Assembly (NCBI GenBank): GCA_964304625.1
Contig: OZ199840.1
Span: forward strand, 5,507,200-5,571,199
Origin: Kudoa neothunni
Taxonomy: Eukaryota > Animalia > Cnidaria
Direction: 5' to 3'
DNA: 64,000 bases
The position numbers and the translations under genes are program-made. This document shows positions 40,696-54,679 of this stretch, in pieces (within the stretch, counting starts at the first letter, position 1; each line of letters begins with the position of its first letter). The notes beneath the pieces were generated by a model. The model saw nothing but the letters and a program-made list of their open reading frames with translations. It was not told where the DNA came from and ran no database searches.

Positions 40696-42075
40696 ATGAT
40701 GGACTCAGTGGGGGTTGGTGACAACCGCTGTGACTGTAACGAACAGCACTGCTCCACTCCAGAATTTGTAACGTATTCGCGGGGGTTTATTCAACAATTA
40801 CAATCATCCAATCCGAGGCCATCTGTAGAAACTGCAAAATTAGTGTTAGTGTTTATAAAAACTATTGTTTCTGGCTTTGAGTGAGTGGTTATTGTTACGT
40901 GAAAAAATGTACGAGTAAAATTTTTTAGATGGCCTAATCCCAAGGCTTTGTACACCCACATAAAGTTTTGGGTGGAGAGGATACAAGAGGTTTGTGTGCC
41001 TCATTCGTATATTGCAGAAGCGGTAGCGCTTCACATCAAGAAAATCTGTAAAGATGAGTTGTGTGCATCATTTGGAGTACCACAGCAACAAGACAGTGAG
41101 TGATTCAGTTTTTGTTGCAGCTGTCGAATGAATAATCTAATTCTTCTCTTTGTATTGCTTAGATGAAGCATTAACAATGTTAAACATTTGTAAACTGAGA
41201 CTGCCACGATCTCGACGAATCACAACTGATTCTATTGTGAGCAACGGTGAGGAAGTAGGCGCGAACGGTGATCACAATGAATCCAACCGGTCCGAATACC
41301 AACTCAACATCAAAGAGGCGTTGGATGAATTCGGTAACGAGTTGGACAGCACAATCGATAACATCTGCAATCAAGCGCTAGATCACATCCACACAAACGA
41401 ATTCATTCTCACAATGGGTTATTCGAGAACCCTTTGTGAGTTTTTCAAAAACGCCGCTCGTAAACGGAGTTTCAATCTCATCATAGCCGAATGTAGTCCC
41501 TACAACAAGGTGACCTGATTTTATCTCTGCAGACGATGATACAGATGATATTGTTGAGCTTTTATGTTTGTTTATAGGGTCATTATTTGGCTGAACGTCT
41601 CTCCACCAATCCCAATATCGATATCACCATTATTCCAGATTCAACTATCTTTGCAGTAATGTCCAGAGTGAATAAAGTGATAGTGAATAGCTTCGCTGTT
41701 GGGGTAACAGGAAATCTGTGCGCTCCGGCTGGCACACACTCATTAGCGCTGGCAGCTCACACCCACTCGGTGCCATTGCTTGTGTGTTGTGGATTGTACA
41801 AATTGGTGCCAAGATTCTCGATGATTTCTCCGTCGAAAGGAATGGACTTGGATGGTTGTCTACCGCAGAATCCCACCCACACACTTGACTATTCATACGC
41901 CGGTATCTACGACAACAATGTCACCATCATTAATCCCACATTTGATGATGTGCCTGGAGATTTGGTCACTTTGTTTATCACCAATATTGGCGCACATGCC
42001 CCCAATTACATCTACAGGCTGATGAGTGATATGTATGAAGAACGTTTCAATCTCTATCCTAAGAAGCTAGTTTAG
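40696..42075 (+). CDS. EIF2B2: Translation initiation factor eIF2B subunit beta, spliced
   Basis: QALDHIHTNEFILTMGYSRTLCEFFKNAARKRSFNLIIAECSP, DSTIFAVMSRVNKVIV, GTHSLALAAHTHSVPLLVC..YKLVP, NPTFDDVPGDLVTLFITNIGAHAPNYIYRLMSDMY. Confidence 0.95.
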
Positions 42076-42376
42076 ACTACCACTCGTCATCTTTTTTTCG
42101 TAATAATCACCCTCGTAGATGAACTAACAATGTAGATTTATTTTATTGAAATTTTTTCATTTATCGAAATTCAATGTGAATTCATTTTACGACAATTTGG
42201 CCAGCTTAAGTATTGTAAGCACCTGAAAAATAAACACCCTTTGGAGACCTAATGCTTTATTATTTACGATTTATAGATTGGATTAAAATCTAAGATTAAT
42301 ATTTTCAATTTTTCTCTATTGGAGCTATTAGAAATTGATATATCTACAAAATAATCCTTTTTACCATTGAATCAAT

Positions 42377-43105
42377 CAGGGGTGGTCAAATATTAATTGC
42401 AATTTTGACTTTTTACAACAAAATTTCTAATAAGATATAATTTGAACCGAAACTTCTCTGTTCTATTGAGGAAATCCACTTGTATGAGACTTGTTCCGAA
42501 AAATGATATCAGATGTTTCGGGTGAGTTGAAATTGTTGGCGGATACGAAAAAATAAAGTGATATCTAGCTGAACTTGCTTTATCAATAAAAAAATATGAT
42601 AAATCATCTTTTGGCGTCAATGGAAAACTTAGAAATTTCTGAGTTGCAGGGTGATTTAAAAAGTTCTATTCAACAACTTTGGCTCCAGAGAAATCGAGTA
42701 TTATTATTATTATTAATTATTATGGTGCATGCAAATTACTCTTTCGAATAAGTTATTAAAGCGCGTCCAATATGTATGAATCTCTATGTGAGAATACAAA
42801 TATTATACATTCAAAGAGTTCTGAAAACGGATCATTCAAAATTCATGAGGATAAAATTGATGGATTAACTTCTTTTAGATTTAACATGCCGTGTTCAATC
42901 TAAAATTGGCCGAGTAAATTTTAATAGAAGAAACCGACTCTTATTGAATCCAATTATTTTTCCCTTAATGTCAAAAGAAAACGAAAGTTGAAATAAACAA
43001 TCGGAATTCCTCATTATATAAACACAAGATTTATTTATTCTGTCATCCTCTAATCTGGCTGGATGATTTTTCGGCTCTGCTGGCTATACCTTTGACGACC
43101 AGACC
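42377..43105 (-). mobile_element. hAT (Buster/Charlie-type) deleted element carrying a C-terminal transposase fragment
   Basis: CAGGGGTGGTCAAA end at 42377. Minus-strand YP....KHLISFFGTSLIQ resembles YP.L...A..LLS.FGSTY.CE. Degenerate opposite end TTTGACGACC near 43091-43100. Confidence 0.45.
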
Positions 43106-45945
43106 TTCGCCAAAATTATTCCTTCATAAATCTCGAAACGCAAATATTTCTAAAACCCAATAAAGATTATGGATCAATAAAATTGTTTAGAATGTTGTTT
43201 CATCAAATTTACAATTTATAGTTCATTTTTCTCTATTTTATCGTTATGTTATTGTATTTAATTTATGTTATATCTTGTGTGTCAAAGTTTATTGTTTTTT
43301 GGGGGGCGTTTTTCAGTATTTATGTAAAAACTAAAACTAAAACGAACGGCAGAAAAACCATTTGTTTAATTTTATTTCAATTTATAATTTATATTGGATT
43401 GTGTGGTTTCAATAATAATTATTCAGACATTATACCCACTAATTAACTTGTCTAACTTAAACTTTATATTAATGTTTTAAAATATAAAAGCTTTCTTGTT
43501 ACTTTTATTTGAGACCGAAATAACTAATTAACTAATGGAAAATTTTTATTCTGAAGTTTATAAATGAACTTCAGTGATGTTGGATTATCGTAAATAGTTT
43601 TCTATTAATTGCAATAATTTATTTTGAAAATTTGCAATTGAAATTAATTGATTAATTAGTTAATTAATTAATTGTACATTAAATAATTGATTTTTAAGAT
43701 AAACATTAATTTTCGGCCACTCTACCTTGAATACTTAGAGGTGACCAATCAGCGCTTATTATATCAATAACTTTTATTAAATATTTTATTTCCTTTTTCC
43801 CTGTGTTTATTTTATAGTATAATACTGTTTTTTTAAATATTTAAAATATGGAGACTTATGTTTAATATTTTCGGTTAAAATAAAAAAACAGTTACACACA
43901 CTTAAACATGGCAATCATGTAAATAATAACGTTTAAATAATTTATATGTATATAATCCTTTGTCTGTCCTGTCATGCTGCGTTCATATGTGCGTGTACGC
44001 CCGGGGAACTTTTTTTAAATACAACTTTTAATTTTCATTTGAATAGATGATAACATTAACAAAAATCGTTCATTTACTTAGTAGTATAAATATAACCACT
44101 ATCTTTATTAGAAGTAAGGAATTTTCCGGTTATTTACTCAAATAATAGGTTAAAAGGTACCTGAATAATTTTTAATGGTTGTTTACTTCAGAGTAATATT
44201 CAATTAGAATGAACTTTTACTCACTGCATACAAAATACAAAGAAAATCTGCTAATTATGATGTATAATGTTTTAGAAATGTTAAATATGCCCGTTTGGAG
44301 TAATTTGAAGACAAATAATGCCATTAGACAATATTTACAAGAGATATAGCATTTCCCTTAAAATTTTAAGAATAAACAAATTATTTAGGATGTACTTTTA
44401 CATTTCAATTGTTATGGATATAGTTAGGCGACAAAGATTATGATCACCTTAAATAAAACACATAATTTGAGATTACAAGTTGTTACCACGTTGGAATAAT
44501 TCTGGTCTCTATACACATTCTAAATGAGACACGATTTAGATTCAAACCTCTCTGATTATATTGGGGTGAAGGACTCCTTAAATATTATTATTTATTTGTA
44601 TATAATGATTAATTACTTTTCGTATTTTGTATTTTTTTATGATATTAATCGTTCTTTATAAATTCGCTCAATTCGAGATTACAAATATCAGTAATTGTAC
44701 ACATCCATATTTTTCCTCTCCATTGTTCTTATAAGCGAATAACAACCAATATACTTCATTCAGTCTTCTTTTGTAATTGAACTTTGCTATTGTAACCCAT
44801 TCTTTATGTATTTATTTATATATTCAACAATCAAATCTAACATTTAATTTCCCAGGAAATTTAAGAACGCAAAAATCGGAGTATCGCAATTTTTAATGGA
44901 TTATCTTTGAAGGGGATTTTATGTTTGAAAATGTTCTCTGCGTCAGTTTGTCTTCGAATGCGTGTTGGTTGCGAAGACCATTTTTCTCACTCCTTAAATG
45001 TCATTGCGTAAATTTTCCCGATGGAAAGATCAAATTCATTGCCGGAATAATACTAATCCAATGTGGGGTTCTCAATTTTCAATTATTAATTCAAAATTAG
45101 TTTCTTCAAAATGGGGATCGTATTCAGTGAATTCACAATCCATTGTGTCACGTGTACGACTATAATTGGCAATATTCGTATTTTATTATGCGTTGAGTAA
45201 AAACTTTTATACTTTTTCTATAACAATAAGTGAGTCCTTTATATATCTAAAAGCCGTTTATAAAAAAAGAGTTTTCTCAAAAAGGTTTGGGGTCAAAATG
45301 ATCCTCGGCGTGGGGGACGTGATTTTTTTAGCGCGTGTAGTGTATGAGGGTTAATAGGTATGGATTACGCGTCAGAAGATAAAATGACGAATATTAAAAT
45401 CCCAAGTTCGAAACTATGTTTTTCGTTGAAAGCTTTAAATATCTTTTCCGTATTCTGGAATTAATTTATTTATAATACAGAGTTAGACCGCTTGGAAGAA
45501 TCAACACAAATTGACAAAAAAATACAAATATGTTCAAAAACTTTAATTTAAGAAATATAAAAACGATCGTTTTTAAAAAATAATAATTACAACACTATAA
45601 TATTATTTCAACCAAAAATATTTATATTGATCTCGCACAAATCCAAATGAACGTAAAATCTAAAATCAATCAATAATACATTTTCAGTAACTTTCTCTGA
45701 TCCCAATGGAGTAGAGAAATTTCATGATCTACCAAGTTATGTATAAGCAAATTTTTTTATACTTTCATCCATAAATTATTCATTAATTATAAAATACTCC
45801 ATGGATCTTCATTCGAAAAATAATAACATATTAAAATGTTTTTTAAATTAATAATTTATAAATTTAATTATTTTCTGTTGCACCAATAACAAAGAGATCT
45901 ATGAAAACAAATTATACAAATAAGACTAAAGCACTGATAGAAAAT

Positions 45946-48229
45946 TCAAATCATTGGTGGAGGCAAAGGGGTGAGTTTGTCTGGTTTTGAGTGATGATAT
46001 ATCGACTCTGGATACATCACAATGATATAATGATGATTATTGAACCAAATTCTGGTAGTGCCATGATAAAAACCTCGTATGTCCTGATCCCACAACTTAA
46101 ATCGACTAAAAATCAATAGAAATAAACGATCTCAAATCAACATGTACGTTGTTATCCTATTCCAACAATATTCTATTGATTCATCGGTACTGATAAACAT
46201 AACAGTGGTAATGGCAACCAACTCATTATAGCTGTAACCGATTTGAAGATGTGGGCTGTTATACATTGAACCATTTTGATACTTTGAGTAACTCTCATCA
46301 AAATCAGCAACGATGCTATTATAGTTAGTTGCAATTTTCCCTAATCTAATAGAGTAATAAAAACAGTCTTAAATCCAATGTACTTGATAAGAGACGTCAA
46401 AAAGTCGCCGTAGGAACTATTTTTAAGCCACGAAGTATTGAAACGTTGCACATAGTATGGGTATTTGGGTCGTGTGGCAAAATGATCACGAAATAAGTAA
46501 GGTTTCATGTTGTTTCCCCATCGACCAGTATGGAACGTTCTGGAGATATCTGGAACAATACAATGTCGATTTCTTCTCTGTGCATTGTCCCTCATCCAAT
46601 ATCCCAGTGATATTGGAAAAAATTTTTCGACCAATACGGCTTTAAATCCTTCTCGTAGATACTCCTCAATAAAGCCCAACCTAATCCGGGGAAAAAGTCG
46701 GTTTTAAAAATCCCAGTAGGGTCACCCAAAGTATAGAGATATGACTAAAATATTTTTAACAATCTTTATACATACATACATATATATATATATATATGAC
46801 ATTATACTTGATCATTCCATGCTGAAACACAATACAGACTTGCATCACTTCGGAGGTAAGGTATGGTGTCAGCCATAAAATGCATGAAATCAGGCGCCAC
46901 TTCCAAATCCTCCTCCAAAATAATAATTTCACTAGCTTTTGGGTAGCTACTAAACATCGTCCGAAGTGATTCACGATAATGCTATACATTCATGTTAATT
47001 TATAGTATTGATGTTTTTTATTATTCTATACATGTTTTACAGCACATGTGCTAGTACAAATATTCGTATGGATGGTGTATTTGATATCGAACAGTTTTGC
47101 AACATCAATAGTCGCAGTGTAATCTCCATCAATAGACAGATGAACATTTCTGGAATTTACTCCTCGAATGGAAAGTAGAGATTGTAAGCACAAAATAAGA
47201 TAATATGGTCTTTTTGAAGCTATTATAACTATTGGAGTGTTGATAAGTGTTTCATCGATAGCTTTATTAAATTCAGATATCATGGTTTATAAGGAAAAAT
47301 CAATTGGAAGGTGCTTATCACCTAAATATTTATCGAATGACGGTTCCAACTTAATGATAATTACAGTCACAATATTGATTATAGGAATCATATTTGATAC
47401 AAAATTCAATCCTGCGTTTGTAGGAAGGAGTGTTATGCCATGATGAGCAATATGTTGCAGGATTTAATGAGGAAATAGAATTTGAATAGTTGAAATAATA
47501 TAAAATTTCAATACAAGCCGTTTCCGACGATTGAGAATGGCTAATATTATTCTCCTTTTCCACGACAGCTCCATTGTCCACATCGTACACAAATATCCAA
47601 CTATTGGTGAATGATTGTTATCGACTTTAATTTCAACAGATTCCAGGCGTTCACTTAAATTCTTGGGGAAAAGGGTGATTTTTAATTTCTATAAATTAGA
47701 AATTATTCAGAAATTAACTAAAATAAAATACAGGTGAAATAATAACTATTATCCTGTTTGCAGGCAAGTTATTTAGTATATGGATTAGTTGTTCTTGTTC
47801 GTACCACATAGAAATATTAAATCCTTTTTCAAATGTCACTTTTTTTCGTCAATTTATTAACAGCAACCATAAAAAAGGAAATCATTCTGAAGAATTATTT
47901 TTGTTATCATTTTTTTATTTGAAGATAAAAATAATGAATATTTGAAATATTTCACCTCTAAGCTCTACAGAAATATTAAATTATTAAAATTCAACACGTG
48001 AATTTATACATTATAAGGATATGACTGTAAATTTGGTGTGTGTATCATAGTGATTCTGTGTTACTGGCTCATAATACAACATTGTTTTTATTACCAATAT
48101 AACAACTGTAAAGGTTATTGAGAAAAAGATGAGTTCTTTCTTTTTTCTAAAATTAGACGATTCACCATAACTATTTTTTCATTTTATTTACGTTTTCAAA
48201 AGACGAAATAAGAAACTGCCTGTACGCAT
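45946..48229 (-). CDS. POMGNT1: Protein O-linked mannose beta-1,2-N-acetylglucosaminyltransferase 1-like (GT13), spliced
   Basis: N-terminal hydrophobic anchor, stem end KRRIEFCIKYDSYNQYCDC, PIVIIASKRPYYL, EEDLEVAPDF..LYCVSAWNDQ, WMR..QRRNRHCIVPDISRTFH, C-terminal LWDQDIRGFYHG..KPDKLTP. Stop at 45946-45948. Confidence 0.9.
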
Positions 48230-49941
48230 CTTCCATCCAGCGTGAGACAAATGATTCAATTGAACAATGAATAGTCTTCCGTGATAAAAAAGTCGTTGAT
48301 TATTTCCCTATCTTGTTTGCACAGGTAATAAGAAGTCTTATCAACTATTATCTATCGTCTATACTTATAAATAATTATAATGAAGTATTAATTTAATTTA
48401 TTAATTAATTGTACAATGGGTCACGAATTGCACGTAATCTCACTGGGGACCCAATAATTATTCATTGCATGCAAATAGATGCGGTTGGTTATTCTTGTTC
48501 AATTATTTTAAACAAAAAAAAGCAATATAAATTGGTAAAATTTAATATCATTTTAACGATTATATATATATATATGATTAAATGTAGTTTGGTATTCTAA
48601 AATATATTACTTAAGATATTGAGAAAATTTATCATTATGTGTATGTGGAATAATTCAACGAAACGTGCTGAAGTGAAGTTTGCAAGTTTGAATTTTTTAT
48701 ATTCATGTGATTTTAAATCGCGTAACGACCAATTAAAAAATAAAACTATTAATATTAAATAGCTTTTAATGTGTTACACGGTCCATTCAAAATTGTCTCT
48801 ATCTCCCACAAACATGGAAAATTGAAATTTTACGAAAAGTTATAACGTCTTTATAAATTTTTTCGATTCCTCTCCATATCTATATATCTATATAAACAAA
48901 CCTATTAGTTATAGTATTATTATTATTCGTTGTTGTAGTAGTAGTAGTTGTATTAAATGAGTGTTCAGAGACTTTTATAAGAACCTAACAGCAGAGCAAT
49001 GAGGATGATCCCTCTCTATGCGACAGGGTTCTTCCCAATAGTTATATTCGACGATTAGAACTTAATAGTTAAAGAAATAATGCGAAAATAAATTTATACG
49101 CGTCATATTCTTCAGTGAAGCGAAATTAACAAACTAGAGTGAATACACAAATTATTGGTCACTATATCGTAAATCAACTCTTTAAAGCCATCCTCTATCT
49201 TAGTATAAGATAAAAAGGTTTAATAAACAAACTGTTTATTATTATCACAATACACAACGGAATTATTGTTCTCGCCTAAGAATTCTATATAAAACCTGTC
49301 TAGTTCTGTTGGGATTGAAAATCATATTAGATAGACTGGTCCTCCAAATGATGCTTCTCTACGACTCCTCCAGGAATTTTATTGAGAAACAACAGAGAGG
49401 ACCAGAACGTTCGGGAATAAACTAAACATTTAATTTCTCTAGCGATGAAAATATGACCTATTATCAATACCTGTGGTGGATTTGGATCGGTCATTGTCCG
49501 ACCGTTTCACAAAGAGTTTGACGTCAAATATAACTAACGTATTTAGGCTCAAAATAATATTTTCTATCATTTAAAAAAATTTTTGGATGAAATTAAACAA
49601 TTTTAATGTTAATTCTACGTCTGATTGTTTAGGCGCGCGAGCTCATATGTCAAATATCAATTTAAGACTCAACTCGCCTACTGACTTAACGATTGATAAT
49701 TATTATCAAAAAAAATCGGAAAATTGTAATATATTTAATAATCTACGTATACAAGGCATAGATTATTCGGTTGATAAAATTTAATCCTAATTTGGATTCG
49801 CGCATGCGTGATGTCAATTTGTTATAATTTGTTACATTCAATTATCTCCTGCTTTAAATAATTAGATGTAGTTAAAACTAGTGACACCCAAGTATTTTTT
49901 ACCACACCAATAGCCACCACCCAGTAACATAATTATAACAA

Positions 49942-50119
49942 GGCACTGGCTATTGACACGGAAGTTTTTAATCCAAACTGACAACTACGCTTGCGCTGTG
50001 TTCATTTTTAATCCCATTAACTTCTATTTATAGTCGATCGCGAAAGTTTATTTTTTTAGAATCTGCTGTATTTAATCATACCAACCTGAATATTACGGCC
50101 TGTGTCAATAGTCACTTCC
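49942..50119. mobile_element. 178-bp MITE, Merlin-like (GG termini, 9-bp TSD)
   Basis: Imperfect TIR GGCACTGGCTATTGACACGG / CTGTGTCAATAGTCACTTCC. Flanks ttataacaa / ttataataa match at 8/9. A related end lies at 59160-59193. Confidence 0.7.
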
Positions 50120-50208
50120 TTATAATAATAATAATAATAATAATAATACTAAATCTAAGTTAGATTATCTAACTGCCAAAACGCGCGCGCACGAAAAAAC
50201 AAAAAAAT

Positions 50209-51092
50209 TCAAAACAGTCCTCCCTCGACCAACTCAACCACTTTGCTATCAAAAAGTTCGGATCGTATTGGCATTTCTATCGTGTAAAATGGTGATTTGA
50301 GAGCATAATCGCTGTAGATTCCATACAGTCTGTTCATAAACGTTCCAATTGAAGCGAGATTTTTACTTTCACATATTGCTATGAATTTAATTCCTATTGG
50401 AAAAAAATAAAAATTTAATTTAAACATTTTTGAGTAAAACACGATATTAATCTCAAAATAATTATGCACATGCGCGTTACAATAAAACCTGTCTTAAATA
50501 TTTTACTTAAGTAAAATATGAAACATTTGCGTAATTTAGTTAAAATCTCGCATTAACAACACAATATACTATTACCTGTGGGAGTTTGATAACAATGAAT
50601 TGAATGGTTGGTAGTTTCGATTTGTTCGATCCCTCCCAACCCTTTCACGGGGGACAATTGAACAGAAATAGCATAAACGCTAATTGTAACCGTGGTAAGA
50701 AATCCAGTTTAACAATTAAATTACGAATGAAACATGCTGGCAAACATTATTTTTTCATTGGTTTTCATTTTTGGTCGTAAAAAAGTTAGATTTATTGGAT
50801 AGTTGTTGGGATTATCCAACAATTCGACAACAGACACGGTGACATTGTTGTAGTTGACCATCCTACTTTTGACCAGTTCATCATTCACTCTGTGCACCAT
50901 CATCCCTAATTTTATAGAGCCTCTCTCACCAAAATCCAACACAAGTTTGTCATCTTTTTCGACAAATACCATGTCGTTTGGAAATTGTTCAATTGTGATA
51001 GTGATTTCTTCAGAACCATCTCCATCGTCATAATGATAAATAAGACTACCTGATTTGTTTATAATGAATAATTTAATCCCATTGTTTGACAT
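50209..51092 (-). CDS. TRAPPC4: Trafficking protein particle complex subunit 4 (synbindin/Trs23), 3 exons
   Basis: LFIINKSGSLIY, PDZ-like insert, NEKIMFASMFHS|..AISVQLSP..GIEQIET..HCYQTPTG|IKFI..LYGIYSDYALKSPFYTIEMPIRSELFD. Confidence 0.95.
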
Positions 51093-51767
51093 TTTAATGT
51101 AAACTTAAAGAAGAAAATGAATTGCGAGTGTTTGCGACGTACACCGGAATTTAATGCACAGTTTTTTTTTTATTTCAAGCAACATTTTATCAATATTTCT
51201 GTTTTTTCGTTACAATCATCGATATAATTATCTTTATTGATATGTTTAAAATACCTATGAAAACAAAAATTGAAGATTGTTTTTACATATTTTTTTATTT
51301 CTGTTATATTCACATTATTTAATTGAATTTTTTCAAATTATCCTATATACATAAATAAAGTCGATTTATGAAAATTTAATAAAGCCAGCTAAATAATTTT
51401 CCACGTCCTACAAGAGCCGTTCATTAAATGCTCAAAGATTTCCATGCCCCACCAAAAATTTCCCACGGTCCATCGTTGGCGCGTCGCCGCTTGCTTACGT
51501 TGGGAATCATTGCATTAGGCGATCTTATTCGGATGAGGGAATTTTTCAACACATCGACCGTGTAGTGTCATAACTTAGAAGTTTCTGAGTAAATTATTAA
51601 TTTACATAATATTTATGCATATAATTAAATATTAGCTCGGTGATTACAAAAAATTCTGATTTGTCCGGAAAAAATTTGGTCAAATGTCCGATTTGGGTTG
51701 GCAGCGCTGGTGCTAGCGTAGGTAAAATTAAAGCTTATAAATCCACAATATTTATCAAAAAGTTATT

Positions 51768-51843
51768 TTTTATTATTTATTATTCATTATTATTTATTAT
51801 TATTTATTATTATTATTATTATTATTTATTATTATTATTATTA

Positions 51844-51876
<33 letters not shown>

Positions 51877-51896
51877 TATTATTATTATTATTATTA

Positions 51897-51957
<61 letters not shown>

Positions 51958-51987
51958 TATTATTATTATTATTATTATTATTTATTA
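51768..51987. repeat. (ATT)n/(TTTA) microsatellite
   Basis: Seen directly; it generates the spurious ORF 51640-52110. Confidence 0.95.
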
Positions 51988-52885
51988 GATTGCGAAAACG
52001 CGTACATGCTCGTGCAATTTTTCAGGTTTGTAAACCCGTCGGCGGGTCACACTTTTCCCGCCAATGTGCTAAATTATTGTTCGCGCATGCGCACATTCAC
52101 AGGGCTTTAGAAGAAAAATAAATAGTAGAATATTCATGAAAATATAAAGATAATGGTTGTAATATCGACTAACTCTTAATTTATTCTCTGAAGAACGTCA
52201 TTTTTTATGATTTATGCACATACATAACGACTCGCTTCACCACACTTCGTATCATGTGTTTATTGTTGATGGTGACTATTTGCACCAGGGCGTCCAGTGA
52301 GGTTTCGAAAAAAATCCAAGGTAAAGAAAAAAGCTAGTTTAACATAAAACAAAAAAATAAAATTTCCTCTAATGTAATGTTTAATCTTCATCCGTATCTA
52401 CAGCTGTGTTATCATCATCGACAATTAAATTTTGGGCTTTTTTATTGTTTTCTCTGTCGTTCATGATTACGTCGGCAAACAGCGTCACTGGTGATGTCAT
52501 TTATCAAGTTATTGTTTGGTTTCCACGTTACACAGATATTGCCGTTTCTTTCGATGAGTTGTTTTGCAATTAGTTTGCACTTAACACAGTATCAACCTTT
52601 AGAGCAGTATTTCCCACCCTTTTTGTATAGTGCGCATACGCAATACCGAGACACGACCGTAATTAAATCATGCTATGATATAATTTTTAAACTATTACGA
52701 CGTTTTAAATATTAATTATTATACAAAACAAATTATTCGTTAACTGTAAAATAGATATTATTAACCCTCTAGTGTATTAAAAATCGCTTGCACTCCGATG
52801 AATTTTTGGGGAAAAAATTACCCTAGATTTTTATTTCCCCGTTCGAACCATGAAAAATACTTGATCTCAGAAAATAAGAATAGGT

Positions 52886-54354
52886 GGTAATGAGGGAGTA
52901 TACGCCTCACCAAATTTGGCCTTTTCCGCATGCTCAACATTCCCGATTTTATTCAAAATTTGTTTTATATTATTTTTAAATATTGAGTGAACTCAAAAAT
53001 CATTACCTTAAAAAACATGACAATATCTGCCCTTGGAATTAAATCGACACACACGCACGCTTGTGCGCACTTGGGGTTTCCGTTGTTTTTAACTCTATTT
53101 GATCATTAAAACAACTTTTATACAACTAATTTCGTTTAAATCGTACATTAATGACCATATTCTAAATTAGCGAATACATTTAAAATCGACCCTATTGAGT
53201 ATTTTAATTTTTTGGATTTATCAGTGTTTCATCGCCAGTAGGTTACTTTCGGCGTTATATTTATTATAAATAATAGATGTTATAATACATTATATATGGA
53301 ACTACTAGCCCCGTGCAGCTATTTCATCAGACCATGCAATATAACCTATCGAATAAAATATTTCGAGAGCTATGATGTTTTCTTAACCTTATTAAACAGA
53401 TTTGCAGAAAATATTTTTTCTGCGTTAAAGTTTATTAATAACTTAGTATCAAGTTAGGGGAGTGTATTGTTAAAACTAACTGTTCATTTGGTATAAATGA
53501 TTAAACGTGAATAATTCTGTTGAGCATGGAAAAAGTAATGACATCACGAAGTGATAATTAATATTTACAATAATATATATATTGTCACATCGTATTAAAT
53601 CTATGCAACAACTGCATTAGGAACCATTTTGATTATGTTTTTAGTATGTATTCATTTTTTCCATCTGATAACATTATTTTATTATTTAATATATTCTCTC
53701 TTACAATTTTATGCTAAGTAACGGTATTAGATTGACTTGAATAATATTACATTTTGTAGACATAACTATAACATCGATATCTAAAATTTAAAAAATATAA
53801 TTATTAGATATTTATAATTTAGAAAAAATAATTTCTAACATAAAATTCTAACAAAAATAATAATAAAAGAAACATATTTTCACATGCTATTGTAATTTCA
53901 TGATCATTTCATCAAAAACCATTATCAAGATATAAAAAAAAATATATAAACTAAAAATAATCTCTTGAAACTTTCCAGTAAATTTTTTATTTTAAGAATT
54001 GAAATCTAACATACACAACTTGTATTTTCTTCCCATAACCTTTTAAGTATATACAGCATAACAATATAATAATAGTTTATTTTACATTTCTTAAAAAATA
54101 ATAAAAAGAAATTAGTTGTATAAAAGTTGTTTTAATGATCAAATAGAGTTAAAAACAACGGAAACCCCAAGTGCGCACAAGCGTGCGTGTGTGTCGATTT
54201 AATTCCAAGGGCAGATATTGTCATGTTTTTTAAGGTAATGATTTTTGAGTTCACTCAATATTTAAAAATAATATAAAACAAATTTTGAATAAAATCGGGA
54301 ATGTTGAGCATGCGGAAAAGGCTGAATTTGGTGAGGCGTAAATTCCCCACTACC
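52886..54354. mobile_element. Fold-back element with 233-bp near-perfect inverted repeats (52901-53133 / 54108-54340)
   Basis: The arms look identical except for 2 adjacent mismatches near the outer end. Looser GGTA(A/G)TG..GGGA outer termini. About 975-bp AT-rich non-coding spacer. No TSD seen. Confidence 0.85.
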
Positions 54355-54679
54355 AATTACTCCAGACAGGCATATGTAATATTTTTGAAATATTCTATAC
54401 CAAAATTAGCAGATTTTCTTTGTATATAATGAGTAAAATTTCATTCTAATTGATTATCACTCTGAAGTAAACCAACATCAATATTATTCACGTACTTTTT
54501 AATCTGTTAATTGACGTAGACAACCAAAAAATTCCTTGCTCCTGATAACGAATTTGAATATGTAAGCAATTATAAGTGAATTAACAATTTTTATTAATGG
54601 TATCATCTATTCAAATGCAAACTAAAAGCTGTATTTAAAATAAGTTCATCCGTTGCGCATGCGTACTTATGGGCACACT

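Noticed and set aside
51640-52110. 156-aa hydrophobic ORF
   Set aside because: Mostly (ATT)n microsatellite with no recognisable domain.
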